64,000 bases of DNA from Phycisphaerales bacterium (GCA_027451365.1 DAIDJN010000056.1:32001-96000); one strand, 5' to 3'; shown: positions 30,287-41,153, numbered from the stretch's first letter. Notes: generated by a model not told the origin, from the sequence alone. Program-made: numbers and translations.

Positions 30287-31645
30287 ATGAGCACAATCTT
30301 TTCAAGGCATGCCGCAGGGATCGATTCGGGTGCCCCGATTAAGCCGGCCGAATTACACGATTTGGTTCACCAGACCCTCGCCCGGCAGCCCGCCACGGAC
30401 ATGCATACCCATCTGTATGCGCCCGCATTCGGCACGCCGGTGACAAATCGAACGGGGAAAACAGATCCGGATGGCCTTCTGCTGTGGGGCATTGAGGAAC
30501 TTGTAACCTACCATTATCTGGTGGCGGAAGTTTACCGCATTGTGCCGGCAACCAGGCTGCCTTATGACCAATTCTGGCGCTGGCCAAAATCGCGACAGGC
30601 AGACTACATATGGAAGCACCTATTTGTTGAAAATACGCCGGTCAGTGAGGCCTGCCGCGGCGTATTGACGACTCTTTCGCGGCTGGGACTGGACCCGAAT
30701 GAAAAAACGCTCGACAACTACCGCGCGTTTTTTGCCGCACAGGAACCGGGTCAATACATAGACAAAGTCATGTCCCTGGCGAATGTTTCTAGTATCACCA
30801 TGACCAATTCCGTGTTTGATGACAACGAACGCTCCCGCTGGCTGGCGAATCCGAAAATTGCCGCCGATCCGCGATTTCGCGCCGTGTTACGGATCGATCT
30901 TCTGCTGCGAAATTTTCCGCAGGCGGCCGCCAAACTCGCCGAATGGGGTTATGCCGTGGAATCAGAACCGACGCCCGCGACTGTGGATGAGGTCAAGCGA
31001 TTCCTTTCCGACTGGCTGGATCTTCAGCAGGCAATTTATCTGGCATTGAGTCTGCCCCCGGATTTTCGTTATCCCGCCAATCCGGCCGACTCTGTCGGTC
31101 AGGCCGGTCAGTCTATTTTGGAAAAGGCTGTTTTACCCGTCTGTGCTCAGCGGAATATTCCATTTGCCATGATGATCGGTTCCAACCTGCGGACCCAGCC
31201 GGCGTTACGCGACGCCGGCGATACCTGTGGCCTGGCTGATATACCAAGCGTGGCCCGGCTATGCAGGGATTTTCCCGCCAACAAGTTCCTGGTGACCCTT
31301 CTTTCGCGGGAAAATCAGCACGAGCTTTGCGTCATAGCCCGCAAGTTTTCCAATCTTATGCCGTTTGGCTGCTGGTGGTTTCTGAACAACCCAAGCCTGA
31401 TCACGGAAATGACACGGATGCGGTTTGAGCTGCTGGGCACATCCTTCATTCCCCAGCATTCCGATGCGCGGATTCTGGACCAGTTGATCTATAAATGGGA
31501 TCACAGCCGTCAGGTCATCGCCACTGTTCTGGAGGAAATGTATCAGCGTATTTTGCGCACCGGCCGCACGATTACCGCGGCCGACATCGCGCGCGATGCG
31601 GAGAAATTGCTGGCGGGCAATTTTCAGTCGTTTCTGGCCCAATAA
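30287..31645 (+). CDS. uxaC: Uronate (glucuronate/galacturonate) isomerase, divergent amidohydrolase-type
   Basis: DMHTH metal motif, LVTYHYL, GCWWFLN, QHSDARILDQL; adjacent to pectin enzymes. Confidence 0.88.
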   Translation: MSTIFSRHAAGIDSGAPIKPAELHDLVHQTLARQPATDMHTHLYAPAFGTPVTNRTGKTDPDGLLLWGIEELVTYHYLVAEVYRIVPATRLPYDQFWRWPKSRQADYIWKHLFVENTPVSEACRGVLTTLSRLGLDPNEKTLDNYRAFFAAQEPGQYIDKVMSLANVSSITMTNSVFDDNERSRWLANPKIAADPRFRAVLRIDLLLRNFPQAAAKLAEWGYAVESEPTPATVDEVKRFLSDWLDLQQAIYLALSLPPDFRYPANPADSVGQAGQSILEKAVLPVCAQRNIPFAMMIGSNLRTQPALRDAGDTCGLADIPSVARLCRDFPANKFLVTLLSRENQHELCVIARKFSNLMPFGCWWFLNNPSLITEMTRMRFELLGTSFIPQHSDARILDQLIYKWDHSRQVIATVLEEMYQRILRTGRTITAADIARDAEKLLAGNFQSFLAQ

Positions 31646-31684
31646 CAGGTCGCGTTCGAACCAGACCTATCCGTCGGCTGGCGC

Positions 31685-34045
31685 TCAGGCCGCATTGGGT
31701 TGCGAAGCGGGACTTCCGATCCCCAGCAAATTGGATTCGGGCCGGTACGGCCTGGTTGTGGCAATAAACCGCTCCGCGGCTTGCGCATCCATCGGTTTGG
31801 CCAGAAAATATCCTTCGTAAAAATCACAGCCAATCTCACGACAAAGTTGCGCCAATTCGGCCGTTTCCACACCTTCGGCAATGACGCCCACATTCAGCGA
31901 ATGCGCCAGAACCGTAATTGCCCGCACAATGGATCTGCTGACCGAATCGTCGTGCATGGACCCCACGAAACTGCGGTCAATTTTAAGTGCATGCACCGGC
32001 ATCCGATGCAGGTAGCTGAGCGATGAATAGCCGGTTCCAAAATCATCTACATCAATCAGCACGCCCATTGAATTCAGCCGCAGAAGTGTCTGCATGGTGG
32101 CGTGAGCGTCGCGCATGGCGACAGTTTCAGTTATTTCCAGACGCAAGGCCCGCGGCGGAATTTCCGCATCGGAAAGAATGCGGGTTATTTCCTCGGTAAA
32201 CGTGGGCAGTGCAAACTGTTTGCTGGCCATGTTCACGCTTACCGGAAGGGCGGAATGCTGCCGATGCGCTTCCACCCAAGCCTTCAACTGGTGGCAGGCC
32301 CGCCGCAGAACCCAGCGGCCCAGTCGGACAATAAGATCAGATTCTTCCGCTGCCGGAATAAATGCGTCCGGTGCCAGAAGGCCGCGCGTCGGATGCTGCC
32401 AGCGAACCAGCGCTTCCATACAGGCGAGCGATCCATCCGCGGCAATCACAGGCTGGTAATGCAGAACAAGCTGGTCCTTTTCAATCGCCTGGCGCAGTTC
32501 CGTTTCGGTTCGCCATTGCAACATGGCGCGGTCGTGCATGTCGGGGTCAAAAATGCGGGTGCAGTTTCGCCCGCCCCCTTTGGCCTGGTAAAGTGCCGTG
32601 TCCGCGTCGCGCAGAATCTCCGTGACGCTGCCATAACTTTCCTCGGCCACCGCGATGCCGATGCTTACCCCCGTGCAGATTTCATGTTCATCTATGACGA
32701 ATGGCTCACTTAATGCGGTGTGAAGGCGATCCGCCACATGCAGCACATCGGAATCATGATGCACGTTCTGCACCAGAAGCACGAATTCATCGCCGCCGAT
32801 GCGCGCCACATCGTCGCGGCACGAACGGGCCAGCGTATCGCCGCTGCGGACAAATCCGGAAAGACGGCGCGCGATTTCCACCAGGAATTTGTCTCCTACC
32901 AGATGCCCCAGGCTGTCATTGATGACTTTAAACCGGTCCAGGTCCATAAACATCACGGCAAAGCGCTGCGTCGGATCGCGCTTCAGTCGGCACAGTGCAT
33001 CACCGATTCGGTCCGACAGCTTTACCCGGTTCGCCAGTCCGGTCAGGGCATCGTGCATCGCTTCAAAGCGAAGCTGGTCTTCAGCCATTTTGCGTTCGGT
33101 AATGTCCGTGAACGAGCCTGCGGCGCGCACGGCGCGTCCGGCCTGGTCGCGCTGGGCGACACCACGAATCAGCATCCACCGGTATTGTCCATCCCGATGC
33201 AGCACCCGGCATTCGGCGCGAAACTGGTCCGAGGTGCCGGAAAAGTGATCGGAGCGGAGTTTTTCCGTCCCGTCCCGGTCGTCCGGATGAACCCGGCCAA
33301 TCCATTCGGATGGTGAATCCGTTATTTCAGCCTCGGCAAAGCCGAGCATCGCTTTCCACCGGGTGGAATAATAAATGCGATCCGCGATCAGATCCCAATC
33401 CCACAGGCCGTCATTGGCACCGGTTTCCGCAAGGCGATAGCGGTCCTCGGCCGCACGATGCTGCTGAATCTCCTGCATCAGTTTCTGGTTGGTCGTTTCC
33501 AGTTGTTGAGTCTGTTCATCGACCATACCCTTTAACTGATTGAGTTTCAGATGGGCATGCCGCGCCAGGTGCCATTTTTTGGAAAGAGCCGAAGCCAACT
33601 GACAGACTTCAATCGTGTCATAAGGCTTTTTGAGAATCAGCAGCCGATCCGCCGATCCAAAGCGGGCGTTTATTTCCTCCCAGGAATAATCACTGTAGGC
33701 GGTGCAGATCACCATCTGAATTTCGCTGTCCACCTGCCATATTTTCTCAATGGTTTCCAGGCCGTCCCAGCCCGGTGGCATGCGCATATCCACAAACGCC
33801 AGGGCATAGCGCTGACCGTTCTGCATTGATTTCACCACCATTTCCAGCGCTTCCTGGCCCTGAAAAGCCGAATCCATGTCGTAGGTTTCGCGGACGGCCT
33901 TGGGTTTGGCGTCGCCAAACAGTGCGCTTTCCATCGCGTCGAGTCCATCCGGATTCTCAGGCGGAGTCAGGATTTTCCGGAAATCATCGTGTATGGCGCG
34001 GTTGTCATCCACGATCAGAATGCGTTGATTCATCTGCTGGTTCAT
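31685..34045 (-). CDS. REC-PAS-GGDEF-EAL c-di-GMP cyclase/phosphodiesterase response regulator
   Basis: ILIVDD...VDMRMP, PAS GLWDWD, GGDEF, EAL, DDFGTGYSSL, EGVE. Confidence 0.95.
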   Translation of the reverse strand: MNQQMNQRILIVDDNRAIHDDFRKILTPPENPDGLDAMESALFGDAKPKAVRETYDMDSAFQGQEALEMVVKSMQNGQRYALAFVDMRMPPGWDGLETIEKIWQVDSEIQMVICTAYSDYSWEEINARFGSADRLLILKKPYDTIEVCQLASALSKKWHLARHAHLKLNQLKGMVDEQTQQLETTNQKLMQEIQQHRAAEDRYRLAETGANDGLWDWDLIADRIYYSTRWKAMLGFAEAEITDSPSEWIGRVHPDDRDGTEKLRSDHFSGTSDQFRAECRVLHRDGQYRWMLIRGVAQRDQAGRAVRAAGSFTDITERKMAEDQLRFEAMHDALTGLANRVKLSDRIGDALCRLKRDPTQRFAVMFMDLDRFKVINDSLGHLVGDKFLVEIARRLSGFVRSGDTLARSCRDDVARIGGDEFVLLVQNVHHDSDVLHVADRLHTALSEPFVIDEHEICTGVSIGIAVAEESYGSVTEILRDADTALYQAKGGGRNCTRIFDPDMHDRAMLQWRTETELRQAIEKDQLVLHYQPVIAADGSLACMEALVRWQHPTRGLLAPDAFIPAAEESDLIVRLGRWVLRRACHQLKAWVEAHRQHSALPVSVNMASKQFALPTFTEEITRILSDAEIPPRALRLEITETVAMRDAHATMQTLLRLNSMGVLIDVDDFGTGYSSLSYLHRMPVHALKIDRSFVGSMHDDSVSRSIVRAITVLAHSLNVGVIAEGVETAELAQLCREIGCDFYEGYFLAKPMDAQAAERFIATTRPYRPESNLLGIGSPASQPNAA

Positions 34046-35490
34046 GCGGCCCTCCAGGTCTGGTCCGTCTGTGCCGCCACCGCAAGCGGTATATCAAGAA
34101 TAAACATGGCACCCATGCCCAGCCCTTCGCTCCGGGCGGTCAGTGAACCACCCATTTGTTTTGCCGCCAGCGCGGAAGTATGCAGGCCGAAGCCGTGGCC
34201 GTCCGTTCGCGTGGTAAAACCATGCGAAAAAATGCGCGTTAAATTTTCTGTGGCAATGCCCGTGCCGGTGTCCCGGACCTCAAAAATAAGCCGCGACGGG
34301 TCCGCGGTCAGCGCACCGGCCCGCAGTGTCAGTACCCGTTCACCCGCGCAGCAGCGCATCGCATGTTTGGCGTTGCTGATCAGATTCACCAGAATCTGCA
34401 AAACCTGATGCTTGTCGATTTTCAGCGGCGGCAGCGCACTGATTTCCTTTACAATTTTTACGCGATGGCGTTCCAGGGATTCCAGATTAATACGAATGGC
34501 ATCCTCCACAATTTCCGCAAGACTTGCCGCCTCCTGTACACCCGACGACCGGGCGTAATTCTGCTGGCTTTTGACAATCTGCTTGACATGTTCAATATTG
34601 CCGACCAGGGAATTGATCTCATGCAGAATATCGCGCTGCTCGGTGGATAAATGGTCGGCCAGTTTGCACAGGTAATCACCAAGCTGCCGCCCTTTTTCGT
34701 CGGTGGTCAGAAAGGTGGCCAGATCCGGCTTGTGTTCCTGAAACATGGCGGCTACGCGGGTCAGACCGGACAACCGGCTGGAACGAAGCCTTTCGGCCGC
34801 CACGGATGCGGACACGTTAATGCTGTTAAGTACATTGCCCACATTGTGCAGCACGCCTGTGGCAATTTCCGCCATCCCAGCCTGGCGTGAAATACCCACA
34901 AGTTTGGAGGCAAGGGCCTCGCGTTCGGCCTCGGCGGCTTTGCGAATGGTAATATCCCGCAGCGTGCCCTCCAGATAACTGATGGCGCCCGTCTGGTCTT
35001 TCACCTGATGAATCGTTTCACTGATCCAGATCAATTGTCCATCTCGCCGGCGCACCATGGATTCCCAGTTATTGACTGAACCGTGACGGGCTACTTCATC
35101 AAAAATTTCCTTATAGCGACGGGGATCCACATAAATCTGCCGCCCCACATCCACCACGGCATCTTTAAGATCACCAGGTGTCAGATAACCCAGAATTCTG
35201 GCCATGGCCGGGTTAACGGAAAGATAACCGCCGGAAAGGGTCACCTGAAAAATTCCTTCGGTGACATTTTCAAAGATTGCGCGATATTTCAGTTCCGCGC
35301 GGGCCAGTTCGTCATTGCGTGCCAGCAATTCGCGCGAGCTTAATTCCATCGATCGTTCAATGAGTTCACGGTCTGTGTCGGCCTGGGAATACGCGCCGTC
35401 GACCATATTGCAGAATCGCTGGAATTCAGGTGTGGGCGGATCCATTCCGCCAAAGCACTTTTTTATTTGCCGGACAAGCAGGGGATGCAT
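34042..35490 (-). CDS. PAS-domain sensor histidine kinase
   Basis: H-box GVLHNVGN, N-box NLISNA, G-boxes DTGTG and GHGFGL. Confidence 0.93.
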   Translation of the reverse strand: MHPLLVRQIKKCFGGMDPPTPEFQRFCNMVDGAYSQADTDRELIERSMELSSRELLARNDELARAELKYRAIFENVTEGIFQVTLSGGYLSVNPAMARILGYLTPGDLKDAVVDVGRQIYVDPRRYKEIFDEVARHGSVNNWESMVRRRDGQLIWISETIHQVKDQTGAISYLEGTLRDITIRKAAEAEREALASKLVGISRQAGMAEIATGVLHNVGNVLNSINVSASVAAERLRSSRLSGLTRVAAMFQEHKPDLATFLTTDEKGRQLGDYLCKLADHLSTEQRDILHEINSLVGNIEHVKQIVKSQQNYARSSGVQEAASLAEIVEDAIRINLESLERHRVKIVKEISALPPLKIDKHQVLQILVNLISNAKHAMRCCAGERVLTLRAGALTADPSRLIFEVRDTGTGIATENLTRIFSHGFTTRTDGHGFGLHTSALAAKQMGGSLTARSEGLGMGAMFILDIPLAVAAQTDQTWRAA

Positions 35491-35491
35491 G

Positions 35492-36634
35492 TTAAACCTC
35501 GCCAAAAGTGGTGATGGTCATGGTCTGATTGTGCAGAGCACATCGGGCGTCGGTATGGGCCGGTGATATCTCTCCATAGGAATAAAACCCGGTCGTGACC
35601 GCGCCGGGACCCAGCACATCACACACCGCTTCAACTTCCTCTTCCACGCGCTGTTGAAGCACCAGTTTGCGTCCAACACAACTGATTAAAATGGCCAATT
35701 GTGCCGTTCCGTCGTCAATGCGCCGCTGGCTGGCCTCCGCCGCGCCATGCGCACCGTCCACCAGCCGGTCGAAATTCGCCCGCATCAGGCGGGCCATGGA
35801 TCCCTCGGCAATGTCGCCGGCGAAGGTCATGCTCTGTTCCTTTTCATCCACCGCCAGAATGGTGCGTACCAGCGTTTCATCTCCACGCGGCTGACGCACG
35901 GTCAGCGGGAATAACAGACCGCTGGAAGGAAGGCGCGCCGCATGTTGCCCTAGATATTCCTTATAGAGCCCCAGTGCGCTGTGGCCATCAAGTTCATAAA
36001 GCACGTTGCCTCGCGAACGTGTCACCCGGCGTTCCGGACCGAAGGAATCCCATCCACCCATCGACCCATAGCCTACCCGCAGATTTTGCCCGTAAAAGCC
36101 CAGCAGAACCACACGCCCGCGGCCGCTGGTTCCCCCGGCGCATACATACGTTTCCGCGAACCGAGATCCATCTCCCGAAAGGCCTCCGGTGACCGCCACT
36201 TTGGCCGGCAGCCCGCTGCTCAGTCCCATGGCAAGCTGCGCACCGTTGACACTTAACCCGTCCGACAGCACAAACGCATGAACCAGCCCCTCCTTCGGAA
36301 GGCGATCGGCCAGTTCCTGACCGGTCTGGAAACTGTTCAGCGGATTGGTGATGGTGCCATCCACGGCACGAATGACGGACGATTCGAATTCCACGGCCGT
36401 GGCCGTGACGCTGTCATCCAGAACATGGGTTCCGGCAATTTCGCCCGCGGTAGAACATCCGCATATATAGGCATGTGGATGCAACGCCCGTATGTCCTCA
36501 AGCTTGTCGGCGTTGGACAGATGTTGTGTGGCACCGAATACCAGCACAAGGTCCGCCGCTGATTTATCTCCGACAGCTCCGGACCCATGTTGCCAGCCGT
36601 TGTCACAAGTCCACACCGATCGGGTTGCCTTCAT
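35492..36634 (-). CDS. FIST-domain signal protein (NosP-like)
   Basis: GCSTAGEI, GGLSGD, LISCVGR, GFYSYGEI. Confidence 0.93.
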   Translation of the reverse strand: MKATRSVWTCDNGWQHGSGAVGDKSAADLVLVFGATQHLSNADKLEDIRALHPHAYICGCSTAGEIAGTHVLDDSVTATAVEFESSVIRAVDGTITNPLNSFQTGQELADRLPKEGLVHAFVLSDGLSVNGAQLAMGLSSGLPAKVAVTGGLSGDGSRFAETYVCAGGTSGRGRVVLLGFYGQNLRVGYGSMGGWDSFGPERRVTRSRGNVLYELDGHSALGLYKEYLGQHAARLPSSGLLFPLTVRQPRGDETLVRTILAVDEKEQSMTFAGDIAEGSMARLMRANFDRLVDGAHGAAEASQRRIDDGTAQLAILISCVGRKLVLQQRVEEEVEAVCDVLGPGAVTTGFYSYGEISPAHTDARCALHNQTMTITTFGEV

Positions 36635-37000
36635 GGGATCACCTTTATGCAACGGGCCAATAAAACAGACCGGCGCGGAACAAATCCGCGCCAGAAATAT
36701 GGCTTCCCTGGGGCTTCTCCCGGTAGCCGCAGTTTTCTCGCTTGATCTCAACCCGCCGGATGATGCCCGCGCCCGGCACGGAGCCGGTCACCATCGGTGC
36801 AGCAAACTGATTATCGGCACATGTATTGATTGGCTTGAATATGAATGAACACAGATTGCTCGCGCACCGGCTTGGGCTCGCGGAATCGGCCAAACATCCC
36901 TTTTCAGGCTGGATAAGACCGATAATGTCCGCATCGGCGGATAAAATATTCGGCCGGTCTACAGGTACACCGGCCTAGCCTGTCGCGAGTCGGAAATCAA

Positions 37001-38584
37001 TCAGCGGGCGCGCGGCCGATGGCGATGTGGCGCGTTAAGCAGAAAGATAAGCGGTATGCAGCAGGCGCAAAATACCGCCAGCATGCGGAAATCGTCCACA
37101 TACGCCCAGACACCCGCCTGCCTTTTCACCGCCTGATAGGCCAGAGCGAGGCTCTGTTCATGCACGGTCAACGCCGGGCCGGTGTGTGCCAGCGCGGTGT
37201 TAAAATGGGCCACGACCGCGCGCCATTGCGGGTTTCCCGGATTGGCATGGGCAATCAGAAGATTCTGCCGTGCCTGACTGGTGCGGGAAAGCATCGTGGT
37301 GGTAATGGATATGCCAATGGCACCGCCCATGTTGCGCATCAGATTATAAATGCTGCTGCCGTTGCCGATCTGTTCATTGCGCAGTGTCCCCATGGTGGTG
37401 GTGGTCAGGGGAATAAACAGCAGACTGGTGGCAAACCCATTGATAATAATGGGCCATGTTACCGTGAACATTCCCACCTGAAGCGTGATGTTGCCCAGTA
37501 GTGCGCTGGACCAGCCCAGCGCCACCAGCGCCAGAATCATGAAAAGACGTGCGTCAATGACTCCCAGCAGTCGGCTTGCCAGCAAAATTCCCGCAATTGA
37601 CCCAAGGCCGCGCGGACTTACCGCCAGACCGCTTTGCAGCGCCGGATAACCCATTAAAGTCTGCAAAAAAAGCGGCAATAACGCCGTGGTGCTGTAAAGC
37701 ACCATGGCCACGACCGTCATTATCATGGTACCGGCGGCAAAATTCCGGTCCGTCAGAATTCGCAAATCCACCAGCGGTTCGGCGGCGGTTAATTCCCAAG
37801 CAATAAATGCCAGAAAGCCCAGAACGGCTAAAGCCGTCAGGGTGCAAATGAGCCGGGAACTGAACCAGTCGGCGTCCTGACCTTTATCCAATACCACTTG
37901 CAGGCACGCGACCCACAGGGAAAGCAGCCCGAAGCCGACCAGATCAATTTTGGTCTTGACCGCGTTGCGGATATACGGAGGGTCTTCCACAAACGCATCT
38001 ATCATAAGAAATGCGAAAATGCCGATCGGGATATTGATGAAAAAAATCCAGCGCCAACTGAATGAATCGGTGATCCATCCGCCCAGAGTCGGCCCGATGA
38101 CCGGCGCAAATACCACGCCGAACGTATAAAACGACATCGCGGCGCTCCGTTTTTCAACCGGAAAGCTTTCCAGAAGAATCGACTGGGCGCTGGGTTGCAG
38201 AGCTCCGCCCCCGATCCCCTGCACCACCAGCGCCATAATCAACATTCCGATATTCGGTGCCAGACCGCACGCCAGCGATGCGACCACAAATATCACAATG
38301 CACCAGAGCAGAAACCGTTTGCGGCCGAACTGGCGGCTTAGCCAGCCCGTGGCAGTAAGCACAATTGCATTGGAAATCAGATAACTGGTCAGCACCCATG
38401 TCGCCTGATGGGCGGTAATGGACATGGAACCGGCTATGTGCGGCAGCGCCACGTTGGCAATGGATGTATCCATCACCTCCATGAAGGTTCCCAGCATCAC
38501 CGATACGGCGATCAGCCATTTGTTGGACCGCGGCACCCATACACCGCCCGGCATTCCAACCTGCTTGCCCGCGATTGCACTCAC
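37001..38584 (-). CDS. DHA2 (EmrB/QacA) MFS efflux permease
   Basis: MDTSIANVALP, WVLTSYL, GPTLGGWITD..SWRWIFFINIPIG; about 14 TM segments. Confidence 0.93.
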   Translation of the reverse strand: MSAIAGKQVGMPGGVWVPRSNKWLIAVSVMLGTFMEVMDTSIANVALPHIAGSMSITAHQATWVLTSYLISNAIVLTATGWLSRQFGRKRFLLWCIVIFVVASLACGLAPNIGMLIMALVVQGIGGGALQPSAQSILLESFPVEKRSAAMSFYTFGVVFAPVIGPTLGGWITDSFSWRWIFFINIPIGIFAFLMIDAFVEDPPYIRNAVKTKIDLVGFGLLSLWVACLQVVLDKGQDADWFSSRLICTLTALAVLGFLAFIAWELTAAEPLVDLRILTDRNFAAGTMIMTVVAMVLYSTTALLPLFLQTLMGYPALQSGLAVSPRGLGSIAGILLASRLLGVIDARLFMILALVALGWSSALLGNITLQVGMFTVTWPIIINGFATSLLFIPLTTTTMGTLRNEQIGNGSSIYNLMRNMGGAIGISITTTMLSRTSQARQNLLIAHANPGNPQWRAVVAHFNTALAHTGPALTVHEQSLALAYQAVKRQAGVWAYVDDFRMLAVFCACCIPLIFLLNAPHRHRPRAR

Positions 38585-39213
38585 AAGATTCTTTCCTTAT
38601 TCAGTCCGATGCCTGTTGGCATTTTGCGGTTTTGGCGGGCCAGCGGTTTGGCACCCGCCTTTTTTTTGCGCACACCGCGGGCGACAGTTCCGCTGGTCAG
38701 CTTTTCTTGAGTCAAGTGTTCCAAAAGCCGGATCAGGCTGGCGTTCAGGAGTTGCAGTTGTTTTCGGCCCAGCGGGTGGGTGAAGGAATAGAGAAGTTCG
38801 TAATAACCTGGCAAAACCTTGGACAGCCTCTGCTGACCCTTGGGGCTGATATGCGCCTGGCTCATCCGCCGATCCGATTTGTGCGGGACACGGTGAATCA
38901 GGCCACTGCGGTCAAGCCCGCGCAACAGCCCGGTCATGGTCGCACGGGTCACGCCGCACTGATGCGCCAGCGCTGCGGCATTCATTCCATTACCGGCACG
39001 GCTTCGCAATATCATCAGCACCGCCAGCCGCCCGCGGGACAAACGGCCCGTGGCGAGCTGGCGCTCGACCCGTCCGACCAGCTCATGCACGATGCGCAGC
39101 AGAAGAAGGTAAAGCTGAACTTCCAGCAGGTCGGCGCGCGGATAGTCCGGCAGAAGCCGGCGGACCGTCTGATCGCGCGGTGATTCCCGTAAATATATAA
39201 TCGGTTCAGCCAT
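38581..39213 (-). CDS. MarR-family regulator
   Basis: LAHQCGVTRATMTGLLRGL...DRR winged helix; overlaps the permease start. Confidence 0.9.
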   Translation of the reverse strand: MAEPIIYLRESPRDQTVRRLLPDYPRADLLEVQLYLLLLRIVHELVGRVERQLATGRLSRGRLAVLMILRSRAGNGMNAAALAHQCGVTRATMTGLLRGLDRSGLIHRVPHKSDRRMSQAHISPKGQQRLSKVLPGYYELLYSFTHPLGRKQLQLLNASLIRLLEHLTQEKLTSGTVARGVRKKKAGAKPLARQNRKMPTGIGLNKERIL

Positions 39214-39305
39214 GGTTATATTGTAAGGCACCTAACTACTTTCAGCCAAGCCTTGGAATTTTCGGCCCCGATAGGGTAACATTTCCAATTTCACCGGAGA
39301 CGCTT

Positions 39306-40133
39306 ATGCCGGATCAGCCAGTTTCAGCACTTCGCCGCCGGGTGGGTTGCGTCTCTTACCTGAATTCGAAGCCATTGATTGAACCGCTGGTCGGACGGTC
39401 TGACATTTATGTGGAATTTGCCGTCCCTTCAGCCCTTTCGGGCCTGCTTGTGACTGGCGCGGTGGATACCGCCCTGTTGCCGATCGTGGATTACCAGACC
39501 TGCCCGATGGAACTGCTTCTGGTGCCAGCCGGATGCATTGGTTGTCATGGCCATACCCTGACGGTCCGGATTTTTTCGCGCGTGCCGCCTGGTGAAATCA
39601 CCCGCCTTTTTGCGGATACGGACAGCCATACCAGCGTTATTCTCGCGCAGGTTATTCTGCGTGAGTTTTATCAGTCTTCGCCTGAAATCCTGCCGCTGCC
39701 CGAGGCCCGGGGCGATCCGGTGTGGGATGCAATGGAATCCGTCCTTCTGATAGGCGATAAAGTCATCAACGCCGCGCCGCCGCCCGGCCATTACCCATGG
39801 CAACTGGACCTTGGTGACCAGTGGACAAGAAACACCGGTCTTCCATTTGTATTTGCCATGTGGATGATGCCGACAAGCCGACCGGACGCAGCGCTGGCCC
39901 GGCTGCTGGCTGCGGCCCGTCTGGCCGGTGCCGCCATGACTGATGAGCTTGTGGCCCGCTATGCCGAGTCGCGGGGCTGGCCTCCCGATTTACTGCATCG
40001 ATATTACCGGCATTATCTCGATTATCAGGTCAAGCCCGCCAGCCGGGAAGGGATTGAGCGGTTTTACCAACTGGCCGCCAGCCACAATCTGCTGGCGGTG
40101 CATCGACCGATTCGATATCTGGATATGGTATGA
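39306..40133 (+). CDS. mqnA: Chorismate dehydratase (futalosine menaquinone pathway)
   Basis: VSYLNSKPL, SHTS, LLIGD, DLGDQW...GLPFVFAMW. Confidence 0.9.
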   Translation: MPDQPVSALRRRVGCVSYLNSKPLIEPLVGRSDIYVEFAVPSALSGLLVTGAVDTALLPIVDYQTCPMELLLVPAGCIGCHGHTLTVRIFSRVPPGEITRLFADTDSHTSVILAQVILREFYQSSPEILPLPEARGDPVWDAMESVLLIGDKVINAAPPPGHYPWQLDLGDQWTRNTGLPFVFAMWMMPTSRPDAALARLLAAARLAGAAMTDELVARYAESRGWPPDLLHRYYRHYLDYQVKPASREGIERFYQLAASHNLLAVHRPIRYLDMV

Positions 40134-40183
40134 ATGAATGGCGACGCGGCCACCCTGACTTTGCCTGCAGAATGGCCTATTAA

Positions 40184-40268
40184 TGCCCGGGGCGGGAATC
40201 GAACCCGCACGACCCTAACGGGTCACAGGATTTTAAATCCTGAGCGTCTGCCGTTCCGCCACCCGGGC
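40184..40268 (-). tRNA. tRNA-Leu(TAA), long variable arm, CCA not encoded
   Basis: GCCCGGG acceptor stem, anticodon arm CAGGA-TTTAAAA-TCCTG, T-arm GGTTCGATTCC. Confidence 0.95.
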
Positions 40269-40499
40269 TGCTTTGGGCAGCCTTAGTATTGTCGGCATTA
40301 CCGGCCGCTTGGCAACCGGCCGCAGGGGAAGTTTCATTTTGGCCGGTGTGACTTGCTCTGGCCGCCCGTCCAAGTTACTTTAATAGGGTGCCGCACTGGC
40401 CTGCGGCTTATAGTCCGGCTAGAATACCGCCCACGTGCGCCCGCATCGGTTCTGATGTGGCTCGCTGCGGCGGCCTGAACAGCGGAGGCTTGAATCATT

Positions 40500-41153
40500 A
40501 TGCGTAAACAAACCCTGCGTGGCGCGTTTTTTGGCAGCGCAATGCTGCTGGCATCGGTAGCGGGTGCTTTTCTGGCTGTTCCAGCCGGGCTGGCCCATCA
40601 TTTGGCTCCCCGGCCATCATTGGTTGCCAGAAGTTGGCAGATTGATTTTCAACATTCGGCGCCTCACCGCCTGATTGTGGTGCGCGGCAACGGTGCGGCG
40701 CAACATGTTATTAAATATTGGTTTATGACCTATACCGTGGTCAACAATACTCATAAGGACCTGTTTTTCAATCCGCAAGTGGAATTGATCGCCGACAACG
40801 GCAAAATCATCGCACCGGTGGCGGCTGTGGCACCGCATCTGTTTAAGAAAATCAAGGCTGTATCCGCCAGTCCGTTTCTTATAAACCCCATGCTTATCGC
40901 CGGCCGTCTGCTGCAGGGGGCGGACAACGCCAAGCAGAGCGTGGCGGTTTTCACCAACCTGCCGCCGATGGCCCGTGGTTTTAGGGTATTCGTCAGCGGA
41001 CTTTCCGGCGAAACCGCGGTCCAGAAGGATCCGATTACCGGCAAAAATATTGTGCTCCACAAGACGCTGGTTCTGCATTACTGGATACCTGGCCACGCTA
41101 TTCACATGACACCCAAACCGATGTTGTTAAGCCACAAATGGGTCATGAAGTAG
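40500..41153 (+). CDS. Exported hypothetical protein
   Basis: Signal peptide; YWFMTYTVVN beta-rich domain. Confidence 0.7.
   Translation: MRKQTLRGAFFGSAMLLASVAGAFLAVPAGLAHHLAPRPSLVARSWQIDFQHSAPHRLIVVRGNGAAQHVIKYWFMTYTVVNNTHKDLFFNPQVELIADNGKIIAPVAAVAPHLFKKIKAVSASPFLINPMLIAGRLLQGADNAKQSVAVFTNLPPMARGFRVFVSGLSGETAVQKDPITGKNIVLHKTLVLHYWIPGHAIHMTPKPMLLSHKWVMK

Noticed and set aside
40184..40268. tRNA-Leu as integration site of a genomic island
   Set aside because: The 3' side abuts mqnA; no integrase or duplicated tRNA 3' end was seen.
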